A stretch of 64,000 bases of DNA from an uncultured Gammaproteobacteria bacterium (GTDB lineage Bacteria; Pseudomonadota; Gammaproteobacteria; Pseudomonadales; UBA5518), in assembly GCA_963819895.1 (NCBI GenBank), contig CAWFXU010000013.1:172447-236446 (forward strand). The letters are read 5' to 3'. Made by a program: the position numbers and the translations under genes. Shown one piece after another: positions 63,893 through 64,000 of this stretch. Below the pieces are notes generated by a model, which had not been told where the DNA came from, searched no databases, and was given only the letters and a program-made list of their open reading frames with translations. Each line of letters starts with the position of its first letter. Position 1 is the first letter of the stretch.

Positions 63893-64000
63893 GCGGATCC
63901 GGCGGACGCGAGGCGGCAGCCCGCGCCGTCCGTCGCCGCAGGTTCAGGCCGCCTTCGCGGGGCGCCGGGATGCGTCCGTTGCGCAGCAGCGCGCCCGAGT

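Overview
GC-rich proteobacterial chromosomal segment with about 52 protein-coding loci. I found no rRNA, tRNA, CRISPR array, transposase or integrase by eye. 1-45 kb holds mixed catabolic, transport and redox genes. These include a signal-peptide glutaminase with a DcaP-like porin and a YidE/AspT-type transporter, a LemA + GIDE/EF-hand membrane pair, a group II PLP decarboxylase and a GMC oxidoreductase. The same stretch also holds acyl-CoA ligase/dehydrogenase/thiolase-like genes, a TonB-dependent receptor, and TauD-family dioxygenases next to trxB-grx-rhodanese-GST genes. A MalT-like LuxR regulator lies divergent from pldA, which runs directly into a Wolinella-type frdCAB. 45.4-57.2 kb is a minus-strand metalloid/thiol-redox cluster. 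It reads arsR-gap-arsJ-acr3, followed by two diverged direct copies of an enlarged ArsP-like permease + CxxC mini-thioredoxin module. Those two copies bracket a glutaredoxin-fused polytopic membrane protein, an ABC-ATPase remnant and a SERCA-like P-type ATPase. This cluster is my best candidate for an undescribed system. 57.4-63.8 kb is a second acyl-CoA ligase/SDR/thiolase-like/TonB-receptor cluster. The main technical caveat is that about 31 loci can only be read through by changing reading frame, some 5-9 times, while neighbouring genes up to 2.7 kb are intact. The translated fragments stay well conserved and show no substitution-type stops. I therefore label these loci pseudogene as sequenced, but suspect indel-type sequence error. 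Frameshift positions and counts are by-eye estimates. Several REP/BIME-like palindromic repeat families occupy the intergenic gaps.
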